DNA of 64,000 nucleotides from Bacilli bacterium (GCA_017405445.1 JAFRAK010000028.1:6034-70033), one strand, 5' to 3'; numbered from the stretch's first letter, positions 29,609-39,635 are shown. The notes: generated by a model not told the origin, from the letters alone. Numbers and translations are program-made.

Positions 29609-31507
29609 ATGTTTAAAAAAATAGATATAAGAATAAAACTAATTTTTATCCTATTACTATTATTCTTTTTTTTAGTAATAATAAAAGTATTCTATATACA
29701 AGTATTTGATTATAAAAAATTAAATATTCTTGCGAATAATTTATGGAGTAGAGAATTAGAAATAGAAGCAGATAGAGGAAAAATATTTGATCGAAATGGA
29801 ATTGTTCTTGCGGATAATCTCACAACATCTTCTTTAGTACTAATACCTTCTCAAATAAAAGATAAAGAATTAACATCAAAAAAATTATCAGAGATATTAA
29901 ATGTTTCTTATGATGATATGTTAAAACATGTAACCAAAAAAACATCTGTAGAAAGAGTACACCCAGAAGGAAGAAGATTACCATATGAAATAGCAGAACA
30001 AATCAACAACTTAAAACTAGAAGGAGTTTATTTAGTAAAAGAATCTAAAAGAGTTTATCCTTATAAAGATTTTCTATCTCATACACTAGGTTATGTGGGA
30101 ATTGATAATCAAGGTCTTGCAGGAGTAGAACTCTTATATGATAAATATTTAAAAGGAGAAAATGGAAATATTAAATACTATTCAGATGCTCATGGTACAA
30201 GATTAAATAAAAGTGAAGTCTATGAGGCACCTACACCAGGACTAAATATTAATTTGACAATCGATTATAAAATACAAGTATCTTTAGAAAGAGAAATGAA
30301 TAATATTGAAGCAATGTTTCATCCAGATATGGCTTTAGCAATTGTAGTTAATCCAAAAACAGGAGAGATTCTTGGAATGAGTTCTTATCCAGATTATGAT
30401 CCAAATCATTATAAAGACTATAAAAATGAAGTATTAAATCGTAATTTACCAATCTGGGCATCATATGAACCAGGTAGTACTTTTAAAGTAGTCACAATGG
30501 CTTCTGCTGTAGAAGAAAAAGTAATAGACATTTTTAATGATCATTTTTATGATTCAGGAAAAGTAAACGTAGAGGGAAGTATCATTAAATGTTGGAAGAG
30601 TAAAGGTCATGGAGATCAAACCTATCTACAAGTATTACAAAATTCCTGTAATCCTGGATTTGTCAAATTAGGTGAATTATTAGGAAAAGAAAGATTATTT
30701 TCTTATATTGATCAATTTGGTTTTGGAGAAAAAACAGGAATTGATTTAAATGGAGAAGGAACTGGTATACTGTTTAATCTAAATAAAGTAGGAAAAGTAG
30801 AACTCGCAACATCTGCTTTTGGACAAGGACCTAGTGTTACTCCTATTCAACAAGTAATGGCCGTATCTGCAGTTGTGAATGGAGGATATTTATATAAACC
30901 ATATATTGTAAAAAATATAAGTGATAATACAAACACAGTATATGAAGAACATCAAAAAGAATTAAAAAGAAAAGTGATTAGTGGAGAAACTTCTGCCATT
31001 ATGAGAACAGCGCTTGAAAGTGTCGTTGCAAAAGGTGGAGGAAAAAGTGCTTATATTGAAGGATATCGTATAGGTGGGAAAACAGGAACAGCTCAAAAAC
31101 AAGAAAATGGATCTTACTTAGTAAATAATTATATTATGTCTTTTATGAGTGTAGTTCCATCAAATAATCCAGAAGCTGTATTTTATCTTGCGATAGATAA
31201 TCCCAAAAATACCGCAATGTTATCTAGTTACACAACGACTCCAATCGCAAGAAGAATATTATTAGATATTATTAATGCATTAGAGATACCGAAACAAAAA
31301 GATGGTATGGAAAAAGACTTAGAATGGAATGATAAAATAACTTATGAAGTGCCAAATGTCATTGGAAAAACAGTAGAAGAGGCAAAGAAATTATTAATAA
31401 ATTTTCAAATAGATATAGTAGGAGAAGGAGAAATTGTAAAAGAACAATCACCTTCTCCAGGAGAAAAAATAGAAGATCAAAGTAAAGTAAGAATTTTAAT
31501 TGAATAA
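29609..31507 (+). CDS. Class B penicillin-binding protein (SpoVD/FtsI-type) with one PASTA domain
   Basis: 632 aa with a TM anchor, STFK (SxxK), SCN (SxN) and KTGTA motifs, and C-terminal PASTA (VPNVIGKTVEEAKKLL...). Confidence 0.9.
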   Translation: MFKKIDIRIKLIFILLLLFFFLVIIKVFYIQVFDYKKLNILANNLWSRELEIEADRGKIFDRNGIVLADNLTTSSLVLIPSQIKDKELTSKKLSEILNVSYDDMLKHVTKKTSVERVHPEGRRLPYEIAEQINNLKLEGVYLVKESKRVYPYKDFLSHTLGYVGIDNQGLAGVELLYDKYLKGENGNIKYYSDAHGTRLNKSEVYEAPTPGLNINLTIDYKIQVSLEREMNNIEAMFHPDMALAIVVNPKTGEILGMSSYPDYDPNHYKDYKNEVLNRNLPIWASYEPGSTFKVVTMASAVEEKVIDIFNDHFYDSGKVNVEGSIIKCWKSKGHGDQTYLQVLQNSCNPGFVKLGELLGKERLFSYIDQFGFGEKTGIDLNGEGTGILFNLNKVGKVELATSAFGQGPSVTPIQQVMAVSAVVNGGYLYKPYIVKNISDNTNTVYEEHQKELKRKVISGETSAIMRTALESVVAKGGGKSAYIEGYRIGGKTGTAQKQENGSYLVNNYIMSFMSVVPSNNPEAVFYLAIDNPKNTAMLSSYTTTPIARRILLDIINALEIPKQKDGMEKDLEWNDKITYEVPNVIGKTVEEAKKLLINFQIDIVGEGEIVKEQSPSPGEKIEDQSKVRILIE

Positions 31508-31555
31508 ATAAGCAAAAAATAAATAAAGTATGATAAAATAAAATAGGTGGTATAT

Positions 31556-33178
31556 ATGGATGAGACAATAGGCGCAAAAGGTGGAAAAAACGATAGAAAA
31601 AGGACTAGATTAATTCAAGAAAAAAAAGAATTAAAAGAAGAACAAGAGTTAGAACAAAAAGTGAAAAAACAACAAGTACGTACTTTTATAAAATCAATTC
31701 CTATCGTAATAGGTACTGCACCTTTCTATTTTTTTAAAAAGAATTTAAAACAAGAACCAACAAAACAAGCAGAAGAAAAATCATCTTTAAAACAAGAACC
31801 AAATACTACTAATAAATCAATAATAGAAGACCCATCCTTTTCAAAATCTCATCCAAATACAAATAATAGTTTCAAAGAATCATCTTCTAAAATTCAATTA
31901 ACTCCAAAAGAAGCAATATCTACTGTACCAATTACAGAAAGAATTAGACAAAAATTTAAAAAAGAAAATATAAAAGAAGACACTATTAAAGAAGAAATAA
32001 TAGAAGTATTAGAAGAAAAACCTAAAGAAGATAATAAAAAAGAAATAAAATATCCTTCTGTAGGAGGAGAAGTCCTTGAAAATAGTATCGAAGAATCATC
32101 AGATTTTGAAGAATTATCTCCTACCATTGAAAAAAAACTAGAAGATTTAAAATCTAGAAGAATAATAGAAGCTTATGAAGATAATCTAAAAGAAATCAGA
32201 TATGAATTAAGAAAATCAATTTATGAATATAATGTATTATCTAGTGAATTAGAGGGTGTTGTAGTCAGTAAAGAAGCAAGTGTAATATTAGATAAACTAT
32301 CCGATTTAATTGATAAATTAGAAGAACTAAAAAGAAAAATAAGAATTGATAATTTAGATAAATATGATGATAACTATATCTATTATTTAATTGAAAGTTA
32401 TTTTAATGAATTTCAAAATGGAAAAGTAATTAAAGAGATTAAAGACTCACCATTATTTATTTCCATTTCATCTAAAATAGAAGAAGTAAAGAAAAAACAA
32501 GATAGTCTTCATAAATCTGTATCATCCAAAAAAGCACAATTAGAAGTAAAAGAAAAAAATTTTGAACATTTAAAAGAAAAATACTATTCTATTGATCAAA
32601 TGAATCGTGAGCTACTTAGCTTTCAATATGATCAAGAAAAACTTCTATGGGAGATTCAAGATAAAGTAAGAAATGCAACTACAGTACAGGAAAGAGTACA
32701 AACAGAAATAGAAGGATTAGATCGTCAAAGTAGAAAAATGTTACGATTATTAACATTTCAAATGCTACTGCCAGGAGCAAAATATGCAAAAGGAGTAGCA
32801 TCTACAACCGCAGCATACCTTTTATTTATGAAAAATGTAGTAAAGCCTAAAATGGTTACAAAGAAATATCAAGTAATAATGGTTCATGATTACAAAGATT
32901 TAATAATGAGTTCTATTGAAGAGTTAGAAGATGCTAAAAAAGTTTTATCAAAAACATCATCAGAAATTGATAAAATGATAAAAGAAATGAATGAAAAATA
33001 TGGAGATTATGCCTATGCAATTCCTGAATGGAAAGAATTGTTAAGTAATCTAAGAAGAGTAAAACAAGACTTAGAAGAAAAGAAATATGAAATGAACAGA
33101 TTACAAAAAGAACAGGAAAGAGAATTAGAAAAGAATAATGCAAAAGTGAAAACAAAAGGAGAATATCCTGTAAATTAG
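31556..33178 (+). CDS. Coiled-coil-rich hypothetical protein located between a PBP gene and mraY
   Basis: About 540 aa from ATG 31556 (AGGTGG upstream; the ORF track starts at GTG 31547). K/E-rich, with a short hydrophobic stretch near the N-terminus (IPIVIGTAPFYFF) and another at MLRLLTFQMLLPGAKYAKGVASTTAAYLLFM. No motif recognised. Confidence 0.6.
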   Translation: MDETIGAKGGKNDRKRTRLIQEKKELKEEQELEQKVKKQQVRTFIKSIPIVIGTAPFYFFKKNLKQEPTKQAEEKSSLKQEPNTTNKSIIEDPSFSKSHPNTNNSFKESSSKIQLTPKEAISTVPITERIRQKFKKENIKEDTIKEEIIEVLEEKPKEDNKKEIKYPSVGGEVLENSIEESSDFEELSPTIEKKLEDLKSRRIIEAYEDNLKEIRYELRKSIYEYNVLSSELEGVVVSKEASVILDKLSDLIDKLEELKRKIRIDNLDKYDDNYIYYLIESYFNEFQNGKVIKEIKDSPLFISISSKIEEVKKKQDSLHKSVSSKKAQLEVKEKNFEHLKEKYYSIDQMNRELLSFQYDQEKLLWEIQDKVRNATTVQERVQTEIEGLDRQSRKMLRLLTFQMLLPGAKYAKGVASTTAAYLLFMKNVVKPKMVTKKYQVIMVHDYKDLIMSSIEELEDAKKVLSKTSSEIDKMIKEMNEKYGDYAYAIPEWKELLSNLRRVKQDLEEKKYEMNRLQKEQERELEKNNAKVKTKGEYPVN

Positions 33179-33220
33179 TGTAAAAAATGATTCTGATATG
33201 AATAAATCTGAAATGATATA

Positions 33221-33229
33221 TGATATAAT
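33221..33229 (+). promoter_or_regulatory. Putative extended -10 box TGaTATAAT upstream of mraY
   Basis: Exact TG-n-TATAAT, 25 nt before ATG 33255, with GGAGTG SD in between. Confidence 0.35.
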
Positions 33230-33254
33230 GAAACAGAAATGGAGTGTGTAAAAC

Positions 33255-34235
33255 ATGCTATTACTAACGAAAGCTGTTTTCGCAATTATGATTGGTTTTT
33301 TGACTTCAGTTGTATTAGGACTCATAATGGTTCCATTACTAAAGAGACTAAGAGTAGGTCAAAAAATATCGATTTTTGTGGGTGAAACACATCGTAAAAA
33401 AGAAGGTACCCCAACAATGGGTGGTTTAATTTTTATGATACCTACAGTTGCGACAACAATTGGATTGATTGTTACAAATAAAATTAGTTATACTTCCAAT
33501 TTAGGAATTGTATTATTAGTTTTTATCGGATATACCTTAATTGGGTTCTTGGATGATTTCTTATCTATTAAAAAAGGAAACAATGAAGGATTAAGTGTCT
33601 ATCAAAAATTACTAATGCAAGTATTAATTGCGATAGGTTTTTTCTACATCTATATGAGAAGTGGAGGACAGACTGCATGGGTAGTTGGTACTCTTCATAT
33701 TGACTTAGAATTAGGATGGTTATACGGGCTAGCAATTTTATTTGTGCTAGTTGGAGCTTCTAATGCAGTAAATCTAACAGATGGACTAGATGGGTTAGCC
33801 GGAGGTTTATCCGCAATTGCTTTTATTGCATATGCTTTAATTTCATTATCTGTTGGATTTGAAGATATTGGATTATTCAGTTTAATCCTTGTTGGAGGAT
33901 TATTTGGATTCTTAGTATATAATACATATCCCGCTAAGATATTTATGGGAGATACTGGATCCCTTGCTTTAGGTGCCGCAATGGGAGCCATTGCTATTCT
34001 AACACACAGAGAATTAACACTACTTGTAGTTGCATTTATCTTTGTTATTGAGACATTATCCGTTATTCTTCAAACATTCTGGGTAATTGTATTTAAAAGA
34101 AAATTATTTTTAATGACACCACTTCATCATCATTTTGAAAAATTAGGATGGTTTGAAAGTGATATTGTTAAATTATTCTGGGTTGCAGGATTAGTACTCG
34201 CAATGGCAGGAATAATCTTCGGAGTTTGGGTATAA
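33255..34235 (+). CDS. mraY: Phospho-N-acetylmuramoyl-pentapeptide transferase
   Basis: 326 aa, polytopic. Motifs: HRKKEGTPTMGG, GFLDDFLSI, NAVNLTDGLDGLA, MGDTGSLALG, HHHFE. Confidence 0.93.
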   Translation: MLLLTKAVFAIMIGFLTSVVLGLIMVPLLKRLRVGQKISIFVGETHRKKEGTPTMGGLIFMIPTVATTIGLIVTNKISYTSNLGIVLLVFIGYTLIGFLDDFLSIKKGNNEGLSVYQKLLMQVLIAIGFFYIYMRSGGQTAWVVGTLHIDLELGWLYGLAILFVLVGASNAVNLTDGLDGLAGGLSAIAFIAYALISLSVGFEDIGLFSLILVGGLFGFLVYNTYPAKIFMGDTGSLALGAAMGAIAILTHRELTLLVVAFIFVIETLSVILQTFWVIVFKRKLFLMTPLHHHFEKLGWFESDIVKLFWVAGLVLAMAGIIFGVWV

Positions 34236-34272
34236 AACTTATACTTTAATAGATAAAAACAATAAAATAATA

Positions 34273-34315
34273 AAGAATTGACTTAGAACAATTTCTAAAT
34301 TCAATTCTTTTTTTG
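34273..34315 (+). terminator. Probable terminator after mraY (long-loop hairpin)
   Basis: AAGAATTGA (34273-34281) pairs with TCAATTCTT (34301-34309) across a 19-nt loop, then T7. Confidence 0.5.
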
Positions 34316-34401
34316 ATGGAAAATAATAATTTCCTTCTTTTACAAAGAAAAAACAATTTGTTATAACATTAGTACTTTTTTGTTTGAAAGGGAGGAATTA
34401 A

Positions 34402-35271
34402 ATGGAAAAACAAAAATTTTATACATGTAAAAATGATAAGGCATTTAAAGAAGTTTTTATGAAAAAGGAAAACAAAGATATTTTAATTCCATTATTAGAA
34501 ACTTGTTTAAATATAAAAATTAATGATATTGAATATTTAAATCTTGAAGATAATGTAGATTATCTAAATACTAGAAAGAAATCATATGATTTAAGACTGT
34601 CAACTGAAGTAGGAAGGATTCAAGTAGAGGTAAATGCTAATATCTATCAATATTCCAGAATTAGACAAGTAGCATATCTAAGTAATGAATACTCTCATGT
34701 AACATTAGCAGGAGATGATTATTCAGAAGATTTAAATGTAATACAAATTAATTTTACTTATGGATTAATGACTAGGTTTAATGAAAAATATCAGTATTTG
34801 TATGATGAGAAAGACTATCGAGTATATAAACTAAGAGATGAAGAAGGAAAAGAATATGTAGATAATTATAAAATATATGAGTTTAATATGGATTATTATC
34901 TTAATTTTTGGTACAATAAAGATGAAAAAATGATTGATAAATATAAATTCTTAATCATGATGAATTTAGATTTAGAAAATCTTGAAAAACTAAAAAGAAA
35001 AAGTAAGGTGGTCGAAAAATATATGGAAGAGATTAATAAAATTAATAAAGATCCAAAATTTATTGAATATATGAGTTATGAAGAAGACCAAAGAAAAATG
35101 CAAAATACATTATTAAGAAAAGCAAAAGAAGAAGGATTGGAAAAAGGTTTAGAACAAGGTTCTAAAGAAAAAGCAAATGAAGTTGTATTAAAAATGAAGG
35201 AAGAAGGACTTGATTCTTCTTTAATCTCTAAAATCACTGGATTAACTATAGAAGAAATAAAAAATATATAA
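34402..35271 (+). CDS. Rpn-family recombination-promoting nuclease / putative transposase (PD-(D/E)XK, PDDEXK_2-like)
   Basis: 289 aa. The layout NDKAFKEVF...ILIPLLETCLN...YDLRL...IQVEVN...RQVAYLS...VIQINF, plus a helical tail (EEGLEKGLEQG...GLTIEEIKNI), matches this family as I remember it. No terminal inverted repeats seen. Confidence 0.6.
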   Translation: MEKQKFYTCKNDKAFKEVFMKKENKDILIPLLETCLNIKINDIEYLNLEDNVDYLNTRKKSYDLRLSTEVGRIQVEVNANIYQYSRIRQVAYLSNEYSHVTLAGDDYSEDLNVIQINFTYGLMTRFNEKYQYLYDEKDYRVYKLRDEEGKEYVDNYKIYEFNMDYYLNFWYNKDEKMIDKYKFLIMMNLDLENLEKLKRKSKVVEKYMEEINKINKDPKFIEYMSYEEDQRKMQNTLLRKAKEEGLEKGLEQGSKEKANEVVLKMKEEGLDSSLISKITGLTIEEIKNI

Positions 35272-35292
35272 AGTCAATTATGACTTTTTTTT
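35271..35292 (+). terminator. Rho-independent terminator after the Rpn-like gene
   Basis: AAGTCA (35271-35276) / ATTA / TGACTT (35281-35286), then T8. Confidence 0.6.
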
Positions 35293-35333
35293 CTTTGTAA
35301 ATTATACTATACTTATACTAGGAGAATATAGAT

Positions 35334-37070
35334 ATGAGAAGAAATAATAAACAAGTTACAACAACTTTTATAATATGTAGTTTACTTCTCATAGGAGTAG
35401 TCTATGCCATTTTACAAGCAAACCTCCAAATTAATGGTATTGCAAAAATTAAAGAGAATTCTTGGAATATTTACTTTGATAATATAGTAATAAATGAAAA
35501 TAGTGTTAGTATTGGAGAAAACGACTCTCCTGCAACAATTGATCCAGAAAACAACTGCAAAGTAGATTTTGAAGTAACTTTATCTTTACCAGGAGACTTC
35601 TATGAATTTACTGTAGATGTAGTAAATGCCGGAACAATTGATGGAATGATAGGTACTTTAAATAAAACTTTAAAAGTAAATAATGAAGTTGTAGAAGATA
35701 CACCAGATTATTTAGACTATACTGTTACATATAGTGATGGAGTAGAAATAGAAGAAAATCATAAGATTAATGCAGGTACTACCGAGACATATCTTGTTAG
35801 ATTAGAATTCAAAACAGACATTGATGAACTACCCGAAGCAACAACAATAACAACATTTCTTGAATCTCAATATCTACAAGCAGATAGTAGTTCTATAGAA
35901 GTTTTTCATCCTTTCTCTTTATATAATATTTTTAAAACAGAAGTAGATAATAATAGTGGATTAGTACTCGAGTACTCCGGAGATCATAAAGATTCATTTA
36001 CAGTAGATGGAAACAAAAGAATATATTATTGGTATGCTAAAAATGATAATAATGCAAATACAATTAAAGAAAAATGGAATATAATATTTGGAGGTTTTTG
36101 TTGGCAAATGTTTCGTACTACTGATACAGGAGGAACAAAAATAATTTATAATGGAATACCAAATGATGGAAAATGTATTGCGTCAGGCAACGATGCTATA
36201 ATTGGAAACTCTCCTTTTAACTCTTCTTATACTTCTCCTGCATTTGTAGGATATATGTATCCAAATGATATAATTACAAGTCAAAGAGAGATTATATATA
36301 ATAATACTATATTTGCTTCAGATATTAATTATATAGATGGAAAGTATTATTTGATAAATACTTCAGAATCTTTAGATAATACTCATCATTATTCATGTGG
36401 AAATGCTAATTTAGAATGTGATAGTGTAAGATATTATTATTCTTATAAAGCAAATTATTATTATAAATATTTCTACTTTAAATTAGAAAATGGCAAGAAA
36501 ATAGAGGATTTTTTAACAGATTCACTGAGTGATAATCATGTGAATCAAAAAGACTCTACAATTAAAACATATATTGAAACTTGGTATCAGAATAATTTGT
36601 TACATTATTCTTCAAAATTAGAAGATATAATTTTTTGTAATGATAGGAATATCGATATTTATGGTGGATTTAAGCCAAATGGTAGTTTAGAGACAAATTT
36701 ATATTTTTATGGTTATAATTATTCGAACCATGTGGAGTTGCTTTGTTCTCATATAACTGATCAATTTAGTCTTTCGAATCCACAAGCTCAATTAACTTAT
36801 CCTATTGCATTAATGACAAATGTAGAAGCATATTTATTATATAATAATCGTCTTTTAGGTATTAATAAATCCTATTGGCTAATGTTTTCATATAATTATT
36901 ATGGAGAGACAGCATATGGAAGTGATGTTAATTTTAATGGTAATATCAATGGTGACAATATAAATAATGTTAATTATTCTAATGGAGTTCGTCCAGTTAT
37001 ATCTTTAAAGCCAGGAACAAACTATATATTTGGCGATGGTTCTAAAAACAATCCTTACATTGTAGAATGA
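35334..37070 (+). CDS. Surface protein: signal anchor + shared N-terminal beta-rich module + N/Y-rich C-terminal domain ending in a DUF6273-like YWL...GVRPVI motif
   Basis: 578 aa. The first ~185 aa are paralogous to the 5252 protein. The C-terminus reads SYWLMFSYNYYGETAYGSDVNFNGNINGDNINNVNYSNGVRPVISLK. The same W-L...G(V/L)RPVI ending recurs in the 58722 protein. Confidence 0.8.
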   Translation: MRRNNKQVTTTFIICSLLLIGVVYAILQANLQINGIAKIKENSWNIYFDNIVINENSVSIGENDSPATIDPENNCKVDFEVTLSLPGDFYEFTVDVVNAGTIDGMIGTLNKTLKVNNEVVEDTPDYLDYTVTYSDGVEIEENHKINAGTTETYLVRLEFKTDIDELPEATTITTFLESQYLQADSSSIEVFHPFSLYNIFKTEVDNNSGLVLEYSGDHKDSFTVDGNKRIYYWYAKNDNNANTIKEKWNIIFGGFCWQMFRTTDTGGTKIIYNGIPNDGKCIASGNDAIIGNSPFNSSYTSPAFVGYMYPNDIITSQREIIYNNTIFASDINYIDGKYYLINTSESLDNTHHYSCGNANLECDSVRYYYSYKANYYYKYFYFKLENGKKIEDFLTDSLSDNHVNQKDSTIKTYIETWYQNNLLHYSSKLEDIIFCNDRNIDIYGGFKPNGSLETNLYFYGYNYSNHVELLCSHITDQFSLSNPQAQLTYPIALMTNVEAYLLYNNRLLGINKSYWLMFSYNYYGETAYGSDVNFNGNINGDNINNVNYSNGVRPVISLKPGTNYIFGDGSKNNPYIVE

Positions 37071-37120
37071 TTTTGGATAATATTATAAAAATATGTTAAA
37101 ATAAGTATAGGAGGATATTT

Positions 37121-38497
37121 ATGAAAGAAAATGTTTGGAAAAAATATACAAATGAAGATTTAAATCGATTAAATGATTTGTGTGATGATTATCGTAAGTT
37201 TTTAAGTGATAATAAAATTGAAAGAGAAGTTGCAAAGTTTAGTATTGATCTTGCTGAAGAACATGGATTTGTAAGTCTAGATGAATATATTAATAGCTAT
37301 AAAAGTCTTCAACCAGGTGATAAAGTATATGTTAATAATAGAAATAAATCGATTGCTTTATTTATTATTGGTGATGAAGATATTACCAATGGATTAAATA
37401 TATTAGGTGCTCATATAGATTCTCCAAGACTAGATTTAAAAGCAAACCCTTTATATGAAGAGTCAGAATTTGCCTATTTAGATACTCATTATTATGGAGG
37501 AATTAAAAAATATCAATGGTTAGCACTTCCTCTTGCTCTTCATGGAGTAGTTGTAAAGAAAAACGGAGATACAATAATTGTAAATGTTGGTGAAGACGAA
37601 TCTGATCCTGTAGTTGGAATTACAGATTTACTTCCACATTTGGGAAAAGAACAATTAAAAAAAGAAGCATCTGAATTTATAGAAGGAGAAAAACTAGATG
37701 TATTAGTTGGTAGTATGCCTTTAAAAGGAGAAGAAAAAGATGCTGTTCAAAAGAATATTCTTTCTATTTTAAAAAATAAATATAACATAGAAGAAGATGA
37801 TTTCTTATCTGCAGAAATAGAAATAGTTCCTGCAGGAAAAGCAAGAGATTTTGGACTTGATCGTTCCATGGTTATGGCATATGGTCAAGATGATAAAGTA
37901 TGTGCTTATACTTCTTTAAGAGCTTTCTTAGATGTTGAAAGATGTAGAAAAACAATTTGTTGTATTCTAGTAGATAAAGAAGAAATTGGTAGTATGGGTG
38001 CTACTGGAATGCAATCAAGTTTCTTTGAAAATGCTATAGAAGAAATCTGTGATATATTAGGTCATCATGAAAGAAATGCAGTAGGTAGATGTCTTACAAA
38101 TTCTTATATGTTATCAAGTGATGTAAATGCTGCATATGATCCTTTATATGCTGATGTTATGGATAAAAGAAATTCTTCATACTTTAATAATGGAGTAGTA
38201 TTCTGTAAGTATACTGGTTCTCGTGGTAAGAGTGGAAGTAATGATGCAAATGCAGAATATGTCGCAAAATTAAGAAATATTATGGATAATAATAATGTTT
38301 ATTTCCAAATATCTGAACTCGGTAAAGTAGATGCAGGAGGTGGAGGAACTATCGCCTATATTCTTGCTAATCGAAATGTTAATGTCATTGATTGTGGAGT
38401 AGGAGTACTTAGTATGCATGCTCCATGGGAAGTAACTTCTAAATCAGATATTTATGAAGCATATAAATGTTATTTAGCATTCTTAAAAGATGCATAA
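37121..38497 (+). CDS. M18-family aminopeptidase
   Basis: 458 aa with LGAHIDSPRLDLK, DKEEIGSMGATG and SMHAPWE motifs, and a family-typical length. Confidence 0.8.
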   Translation: MKENVWKKYTNEDLNRLNDLCDDYRKFLSDNKIEREVAKFSIDLAEEHGFVSLDEYINSYKSLQPGDKVYVNNRNKSIALFIIGDEDITNGLNILGAHIDSPRLDLKANPLYEESEFAYLDTHYYGGIKKYQWLALPLALHGVVVKKNGDTIIVNVGEDESDPVVGITDLLPHLGKEQLKKEASEFIEGEKLDVLVGSMPLKGEEKDAVQKNILSILKNKYNIEEDDFLSAEIEIVPAGKARDFGLDRSMVMAYGQDDKVCAYTSLRAFLDVERCRKTICCILVDKEEIGSMGATGMQSSFFENAIEEICDILGHHERNAVGRCLTNSYMLSSDVNAAYDPLYADVMDKRNSSYFNNGVVFCKYTGSRGKSGSNDANAEYVAKLRNIMDNNNVYFQISELGKVDAGGGGTIAYILANRNVNVIDCGVGVLSMHAPWEVTSKSDIYEAYKCYLAFLKDA

Positions 38498-38521
38498 AAA
38501 AGAACAATGTTCTTTTTTTTT
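38498..38521 (+). terminator. Rho-independent terminator after the aminopeptidase gene
   Basis: AAAAGAAC (38498-38505) / AAT / GTTCTTTT (38509-38516), extended T-run. Confidence 0.6.
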
Positions 38522-38552
38522 GACTTATTAATAAGATTTAATAGGTGATGAT

Positions 38553-39635
38553 ATGAAGTTTGATAGAATATTATTTATCTCCACTATACTGATTTCTTTA
38601 TTTGGTATTTTAATGATTTACTCATCTTCTAGTATTTGGGCAGAATATAAGTTTAATGATTCTTATCATTTTATAAAATATCAATCATTTTTCTTATTAA
38701 TGGGTATAATCTTAATGATTATGACTTCTAGAATTGATTATCATATTTACTATAAGTATTCAAATCTTCTATTAATTGGATCTATTATTCTTTTAATACT
38801 TGTATTAATTCCTGGAATAGGAAGCATTAGAAATGGAAGTAGAAGTTGGTTTGGAATTGGATCATTTGGAATTCAACCAAGTGAAGCAGCAAAAATATCT
38901 TTAATTATTTTTACGAGTAAATATTTATCTCGTAGTGACAATCAAATAAAATCTTTCTGGACTGGATTATGTCCTATTTTATTAATTTCTTTTTTTATCT
39001 TTGGATTAATTATGCTTCAACCAGATTTAGGAACAGGTTTTATTATTCTAATGAGTATTTTTTCAATACTTTTTATTTCTGGTGCTTCTATGAGATTTTT
39101 TAAAATAGGTGGGATATTTGGAATTGTAGGAATTATCTGTTTAATAATAATAGCTCCATATCGAATGGACAGAATTACATCATTTATTAATCCATGGAAA
39201 GATCCATTAGGTACAGGATTTCAAATGATACAAAGTTTGTATGCTATAGGTCCAGGAGGATTATTAGGACTAGGATATGGTAATTCTATTCAAAAACATT
39301 TTTATTTACCAGAACCTCAAACAGATTTTATATTTTCTATTATTTCAGAAGAATTTGGAGTAATGGGATCAATACTTGTAGTTAGTTTATTCTGTATTAT
39401 TTTTTATCGAGGAATAAAAATTAGTTTAAATACAAATGAATCCTTCTCAAAATATTTATCTTTTGGAATGACTTTTCAAATTATTTTCCAAGCACTACTA
39501 AATCTTATGGTAGTAGTAGGATTAATTCCTGTAACGGGTGTAACCTTACCATTTTTATCATATGGTGGTTCAAGTCTATTAGTTTCTATGACTAGTATCG
39601 GAATAATTTTAAATATTTCAAGAAATAATAGTTGA
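38553..39635 (+). CDS. ftsW: SEDS-family peptidoglycan polymerase (FtsW/RodA/SpoVE)
   Basis: 360 aa, about 10 TM helices. Motifs: GSRSWFGIGSFGIQPSEAAKI, LQPDLGT, PEPQTDFIFSII, TLPFLSYGGSS. The FtsW versus RodA choice is only contextual. Confidence 0.8.
   Translation: MKFDRILFISTILISLFGILMIYSSSSIWAEYKFNDSYHFIKYQSFFLLMGIILMIMTSRIDYHIYYKYSNLLLIGSIILLILVLIPGIGSIRNGSRSWFGIGSFGIQPSEAAKISLIIFTSKYLSRSDNQIKSFWTGLCPILLISFFIFGLIMLQPDLGTGFIILMSIFSILFISGASMRFFKIGGIFGIVGIICLIIIAPYRMDRITSFINPWKDPLGTGFQMIQSLYAIGPGGLLGLGYGNSIQKHFYLPEPQTDFIFSIISEEFGVMGSILVVSLFCIIFYRGIKISLNTNESFSKYLSFGMTFQIIFQALLNLMVVVGLIPVTGVTLPFLSYGGSSLLVSMTSIGIILNISRNNS

Noticed and set aside
36880-37010. The N/Y-rich patch (FSYNYYGETAYGSDVNFNGNINGDNINNVNYSNGVRPV) at the C-terminus of the 35334 protein looks like the variable region of a diversity-generating retroelement target.
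   Set aside because: No reverse transcriptase, template repeat or second DNA copy of this segment exists in the window. The related C-terminus at 59460-59630 is not similar at the DNA level. AAT/TAT richness is also expected from the base composition. A genome-wide RT/TR search is worthwhile, but the idea is unsupported here.
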